Shown here: in pieces, positions 17,115-21,265 of the stretch | Position numbering within the stretch: position 1 is the first letter of the stretch | Layout: the number at the start of each line of letters is the position of its first letter | Assembly (NCBI GenBank): GCA_050331235.1 | Contig: JBHJHA010000051.1 | Span: 1 to 21,265, forward strand | Length of the DNA: 21,265 nucleotides | Source of the DNA: Leptolyngbyaceae cyanobacterium | Lineage (GTDB): Bacteria; Cyanobacteriota; Cyanobacteriia; Phormidesmidales; Phormidesmidaceae | Direction: 5' to 3' | Translations under genes and position numbers: made by a program | Notes under the pieces: generated by a model | The model's input: only the letters and a program-made list of their open reading frames with translations | Told to the model about the DNA's origin: nothing | The model's database searches: none

Positions 17115-17310
17115 AGAGCGCGCGAGCGCGCAGCTATTGCAAGTGCTGAAGTTTACCAAGGACAAACTATTGCAGCCTATTTGCAAGTAAACCCGGGGGT
17201 CGCTAAAGTGACCTCAAAAGATGCCTAGAATTCTGACCGACAGAAATCCAGTTAACCAAAACCGTCAAAGCAGTCTTGGGTTAGTGGCAGATAGGGGGCC
17301 ATGGTTGGTC

Positions 17311-18312
17311 TCACCTAGTTTCAGGCTTCTGCAGGAGCGGCCCCATCTGCACCTTTTTGACATATACAGTGGAACTGCGGCAATGCTCAAATCCAATCGA
17401 CTCGTAGAGCTGCACCGCCCCCAATGGATTTTGAGCATCCACCCCAATCGTGACCGTAGTCATCCCCAATAATTGCAGTCGACGCAGACTTTCCGCCAGC
17501 AGCGCTTTAGCCAACCCCAGTCGCCGATAGCCGCGGCGAGTCCCCAACAGACAGATATGCCCTTCTTGGATACTCAGCCTAGCATTGCGCTCAAAATCGA
17601 TTTCACTATAGGCAAAGGCTACTGTCTGCCCCTCTGGAGTTTCCACCACCAAATCCAAATTGACATCATAGTCATTGCGCGTAATCCAGTGTCTAAATTC
17701 CTTAAGAGTGACTGGCGTATGGTTCCAGTGGTCCACAAACGTCTGGTTAAACATCTCAACCCATCCCTCAGCATCACTGGCAGTCACTGTACGGAGATTC
17801 CAACCGGATGGTAGATCCCGCTTAGGAATGGGTGCTGTCAGCGTTCTTGTGAGACGCCAAAAAGACCGCTCCGGCTGGAATCCTAAGTTTTGTAGCAAGA
17901 CTTTACGGCTTTCAAGACCGTCTCGACAGCCTGAGTGCAGTAGTACCGGCACCGCTAGATCTTTGGCCAAGCCGAGCAGCCGCTGCTCCGCCCAAGCCAA
18001 GATTTCCTCCGCTAGCGTTGCCGCTTCCAAGTGAGTCGCAATGGAAAAATTCAGGTGACTTACAAAAATATCCTCTGGGGTCTGTCGCCAAAGTTGAGCA
18101 ACGGCAACAAGTTTTCCGCTGTCTTCACGCCATAGCCTGAGGTCGTGAGTCACATCAAATGTCGGATCAGCAAAGTCTTCGCGTAGTTCAGTTACAGTGA
18201 CTCGACTGTCAGCATCATCTGCAACCCGACAATCATTCATCAACTTAACAATCTCGAGTAGATCCCGTTCTCCAGCAAAGCCGCAAGGGTCAAAGTGTTG
18301 TGTAGTCGACAT
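17311..18312 (-). CDS. GNAT family N-acetyltransferase (tandem GNAT folds)
   Basis: C-terminal acetyl-CoA motif LGTRRGYRRLGLAKALL and VDAQNPLGAVQLYESIGF; FNQTFVDHW; N-terminal degenerate GNAT ending LLQNLGF. Start chosen at ATG 18312. Confidence 0.92.
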   Translation of the reverse strand: MSTTQHFDPCGFAGERDLLEIVKLMNDCRVADDADSRVTVTELREDFADPTFDVTHDLRLWREDSGKLVAVAQLWRQTPEDIFVSHLNFSIATHLEAATLAEEILAWAEQRLLGLAKDLAVPVLLHSGCRDGLESRKVLLQNLGFQPERSFWRLTRTLTAPIPKRDLPSGWNLRTVTASDAEGWVEMFNQTFVDHWNHTPVTLKEFRHWITRNDYDVNLDLVVETPEGQTVAFAYSEIDFERNARLSIQEGHICLLGTRRGYRRLGLAKALLAESLRRLQLLGMTTVTIGVDAQNPLGAVQLYESIGFEHCRSSTVYVKKVQMGPLLQKPETR

Positions 18313-18570
18313 TGTGCCCCATTCTTTGTAGTACGCCAAATCAAGAGCAAAACTCTCAGGTAGAAATACAGCGAGCTAGCGAGTAATTCCAGAAGAATCA
18401 CTCAACTATACTACATATACTACACAGCAAAGCAGACAATAACCTTAGCAGCGATTAAAAAATCGGTACAGTCAAGGAGCTCGCCGAGATTTATTCGGCC
18501 AGTTGAGGGAGACTGTTAGCTCAGCAAATTGAAGCCCAAGCAGTCCCTTGCACCCTCATGATCAGACGGC

Positions 18571-19284
18571 TCAAGCGGTCTCTAGATGATCTACAAAAAT
18601 ATCAAGCTGCATTTCCGGTGACCAATATGTCCCATCTGGTAATCGAGTTTTGGTACTGAAGCGGGCTGCACTGAGGTCAGCATCCTTGAGATTAGCTTTA
18701 TATAAATCGGCTCCAGCCAGATCGGCTTCAACCAGATCGGCACCTTCGAGCTTAGCCGAAACCAAGTTGGTTTGGCTTAGGTTGGCCCGCCGCAGCGTTG
18801 CATTTGTAAGGTCAGCCTTTGCCAAAGAGGCAACTGAGAGATCGGACTCATACAAATCGGCTTCGGCAAGATTATAGTTGTCTAGCTCTAGCTGCCTGAG
18901 ATCAATGTCATATAACCAAGCCCCGGTGAGTAGCCCTTGTTCGGCGATGCGATCGATAATTTTTTGCTTCAGAGATAAGCTCCGGGCTCGCTTGAGCTGC
19001 TCAGTCAAGTGCTCACGGCGACGAGATCGGGTTTGACTGATACGACTAGCTTCATTGCGTTTTTGATAAATCACCAATTCTACTAGCAGGATAGTGACCG
19101 CAGCTCCTAACATTTCGGTTCCAACATCCTGCAACCAGTTGCCCCACCAAGCTAGTGGATTGCTTGTGGCGCTAACGGTAAAAGACCAATATCCAGATAA
19201 ACCACCGATAATGGCTAGACCAATGGCAATACGAAACCCTAGAGCCCGCAAGTTGTTTCGTACTTGTTGCTGATTTCTCACCAT
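18571..19284 (-). CDS. Pentapeptide-repeat protein with two N-terminal TM helices
   Basis: Two hydrophobic segments, then A(D/N)Lxx repeats (AEADLYESDLSVASLAKADLTNATLRRANLSQTNL...) and a TRLPDG cap. Confidence 0.92.
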   Translation of the reverse strand: MVRNQQQVRNNLRALGFRIAIGLAIIGGLSGYWSFTVSATSNPLAWWGNWLQDVGTEMLGAAVTILLVELVIYQKRNEASRISQTRSRRREHLTEQLKRARSLSLKQKIIDRIAEQGLLTGAWLYDIDLRQLELDNYNLAEADLYESDLSVASLAKADLTNATLRRANLSQTNLVSAKLEGADLVEADLAGADLYKANLKDADLSAARFSTKTRLPDGTYWSPEMQLDIFVDHLETA

Positions 19285-19318
19285 TCAAACGATTGATAAA
19301 TCGGGGTAAGGATCTTGA

Positions 19319-20188
19319 TTATTCGGAAATACTTAATCGCTGCAAGCAGATCCGCTTACAGATACTTTCGACGGCCAAAGTCAAAGACTGCATGAGTTCT
19401 GAGTTTTGGGTATAACAGGCAGGAGCCAAATTGTTCACCCGCTGGCTACGGCTCGGTCGATAATGTTTTGCCCATTCGTCTGGCGAACCTTCTGGATAAA
19501 CCCCGATCGCGGTGCCACCCTCATGATTGAGCATAGCAAAGCACGGAATATCTGAGGTGCCATCCCCAACATAGACAACCTGTGGAAGCGGAATAGCGAG
19601 ATCTTCCTGGGGGACATCTTCATAAACAAACAGCAAGTCTTCACCATCTTGCTTATCGATGCCTTTTGACAGGTAGTATAGATAGCGCGGTTTTTCGGGA
19701 TGGCTGAGAGCGCGCTTGAGAAACTCAATCTCTCCCGAATCGCTATAGCTAAATTCGCAGCCCCACATCGCCTTGAAGTTGTGGGCAATGCTAGTATTGC
19801 GGGCGATTTCCACAAATCCGCTGGTAATCAGATAATACTCAACTTCGACTTGCGGAGCGATCGCGGCGACCGCCTGCCGGAGTTGGTCAAACATCTCAAC
19901 GACACCACCAAAGGGCTGCAAAGATTGGCCAAATTGGGCCAAGGTATCTTGAGTAATCCGCTTATCGGCCTGGGTTTGGCTGATTGAGTACTCAATCAGA
20001 CTATAGAATCGCGCGGGGATTGCATCCCATCCAGCAGCCTTACGAGATTCGTATTTTTGCGCTCGAAAGTCAGCGGCATTCAATCCCAAATACTCAACTA
20101 GTCCATCAAACGTGTCGGGGACTAGCGTATCGTCAAAGTCAAAAACCACAGCTATCTTTTCTGATGTTGGATGGGTCGCTTTGACCAT
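19319..20188 (-). CDS. HAD-superfamily hydrolase
   Basis: Motif I VVFDFDDTL, motif II LITSG, a conserved Lys (PEKP) and motif IV YVGDGTSDIPCF. Start chosen at ATG 20188. Confidence 0.92.
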   Translation of the reverse strand: MVKATHPTSEKIAVVFDFDDTLVPDTFDGLVEYLGLNAADFRAQKYESRKAAGWDAIPARFYSLIEYSISQTQADKRITQDTLAQFGQSLQPFGGVVEMFDQLRQAVAAIAPQVEVEYYLITSGFVEIARNTSIAHNFKAMWGCEFSYSDSGEIEFLKRALSHPEKPRYLYYLSKGIDKQDGEDLLFVYEDVPQEDLAIPLPQVVYVGDGTSDIPCFAMLNHEGGTAIGVYPEGSPDEWAKHYRPSRSQRVNNLAPACYTQNSELMQSLTLAVESICKRICLQRLSISE

Positions 20189-20487
20189 CGGAAGTTGCCT
20201 CAGTATCAACTTAGTTCAACCGAAGTTCAGGAATAAGCATGGGACTAAAATTTTTGCCCCGGAGATTAGTCCGGTGTCGAGCAGGGCGATCGCCCAAACC
20301 CGCTAGCGACATTAGATCAGTTTCCGCAAGTCACCCAGCGTTTGACCACCACGTCATCTCCCAGGCCCTTATCCTGAACTTACGCTATTAAAGATTAGCT
20401 ATAAATATCAGCCCAAGAAACACCCCTTAGATAGAGGAAAAAAGCCATTTCTTAAGTGAAATTACAGACAGTATACAACTCAAGCTT

Positions 20488-20709
20488 ATGTTGGAAGTTT
20501 TAAAGTCTTCAGTTGCTCCTTTGCTGCTCGATGAAAAAGTTTTGGAAGCTGCCTACGGGCTGTATATGGCTGCTCCGCCCAATTCCTGCCCAGCCATTAG
20601 CCTCATGCAGCTATCAAAAGCAACTGGCAAGTCTCCGCTGCGCTGTCGAAACGCCATCGTAGAAGCCAACAGCGTAGGGCGATTTCCCGACTGTGAACAA
20701 CATCCTTAA
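20488..20709 (+). CDS. Small hypothetical protein, possible helix-turn-helix
   Basis: 73-aa ATG-initiated ORF alone in an intergenic space, divergent from the HAD gene. ISLMQLSKATGKSPLRCRNAI fits an HTH pattern. Confidence 0.6.
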   Translation: MLEVLKSSVAPLLLDEKVLEAAYGLYMAAPPNSCPAISLMQLSKATGKSPLRCRNAIVEANSVGRFPDCEQHP

Positions 20710-20775
20710 CCAGGTTTCACGAGAGTGTTTTGGACCTAATCTACCCATCAATCCGGCAGCCAGATCTGGCTAAAT

Positions 20776-20815
20776 CTCCCTGTAATTTACGGAAAGCAGG
20801 GAGAACCCCTTTTTG
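20776..20815 (+). terminator. Possible terminator hairpin after the 73-aa ORF
   Basis: CTCCCTG...CAGGGAG stem (20776-20803) with a T run shortly after; long loop. Confidence 0.3.
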
Positions 20816-20909
20816 CCAAACTATCTATTGGCTGAAACTTTGATGAAGCTAGTAGCGGCAAAGCTGCTGATCTTCGCTGACCAAAGGCGTCAGGCAATAT
20901 TAAGTAATA

Positions 20910-21265
20910 TCAAGAAGACTTTTTCATTCTAAAAACGCGCTTGAGCGTGTCTAGGCCATGTTTACAGTGTCGTTCCGCCTGAGCCATGTTATCGAATTCA
21001 TTCGAGCGGTACAGGTTCAGGGCAAAGTTACGGGCGATGGCAAAGATTGGTGGTAACTGGTGCATGCGAATGCGGGAGGCATCTTCTCCCTGAGTGACAT
21101 CGCGGACATGATGAACTGTATTTTCAACGCCCCAATACCCTCGAATGCCCTGGGCAAACGCTTCTGCAGACTCGCAAAATGAGGCGATGTAGTAGCGAGT
21201 TTCCGTTTCGATACGAGGATGACCGCCCTTCTTGAATTGGCGTTGGCTCTCGACTCGGATCAAGG
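20910..21265 (-). mobile_element. ISAs1-family transposase, 3' part (5' end outside window)
   Basis: ETRYYIAS...IRGYWGVENTVHHVRDVTQGEDASRIR...ARNFALNLYR is the ISAs1 C-terminal signature (R.HW.IEN..H...DV.F.ED). Confidence 0.93.

Larger units (their letters stand above)
1734..20293. repeat. Dispersed HIP1 octamer GCGATCGC
   Basis: About 22 copies by eye, at 1734, 1923, 1956, 3343, 3750, 3902, 4155, 5437, 6964, 8150, 8611, 8924, 10524, 10715, 11227, 13459, 13763, 14683, 15241, 16147, 19857 and 20286. This is a hallmark of cyanobacterial DNA. Confidence 0.93.

Noticed and set aside
1091..20306. Numerous short alternative-frame and antisense ORFs overlapping the long genes (e.g. 4222..4686, 8306..8659, 10449..10874, 16838..17098, 18650..18877)
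   Set aside because: They lie within or opposite well-supported genes and lack motifs; treated as shadow ORFs.
20758..20771. Perfect 14-bp palindrome AGCCAGATCTGGCT
   Set aside because: Single occurrence between convergent genes with no supporting context; may be chance.

Overview
Cyanobacterial chromosomal window: about 22 HIP1 GCGATCGC sites counted by eye, plus ndhS. The first 1.1 kb is insertion-sequence debris. It holds the left end of an IS1595-family element inserted into an ISL3 transposase, a 44-bp tandem duplication that frameshifts that transposase, and an IS982 remnant hidden antisense to a spurious ORF. Next is a conserved block: FAD oxidoreductase, HAS-barrel protein, ndhS, RDD protein, membrane protein, SpoIIM-family protein, gatB and a Gfo/Idh/MocA oxidoreductase. 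The most interesting part is 10586-17228, with four co-oriented genes. Two are paralogous exported proteins, each built from four ~60-aa repeats carrying a C-X30-41-C-x-x-(H/Y) signature that I cannot assign to a known family. The other two form an overlapping P-loop NTPase pair whose large nSTAND1-type member stops right after a C-terminal transmembrane helix and lacks the usual WD40 region. The window ends with GNAT, pentapeptide-repeat and HAD genes, a small HTH-like ORF and an ISAs1 transposase 3' end. All family assignments come from motif recognition by eye; no searches were run.
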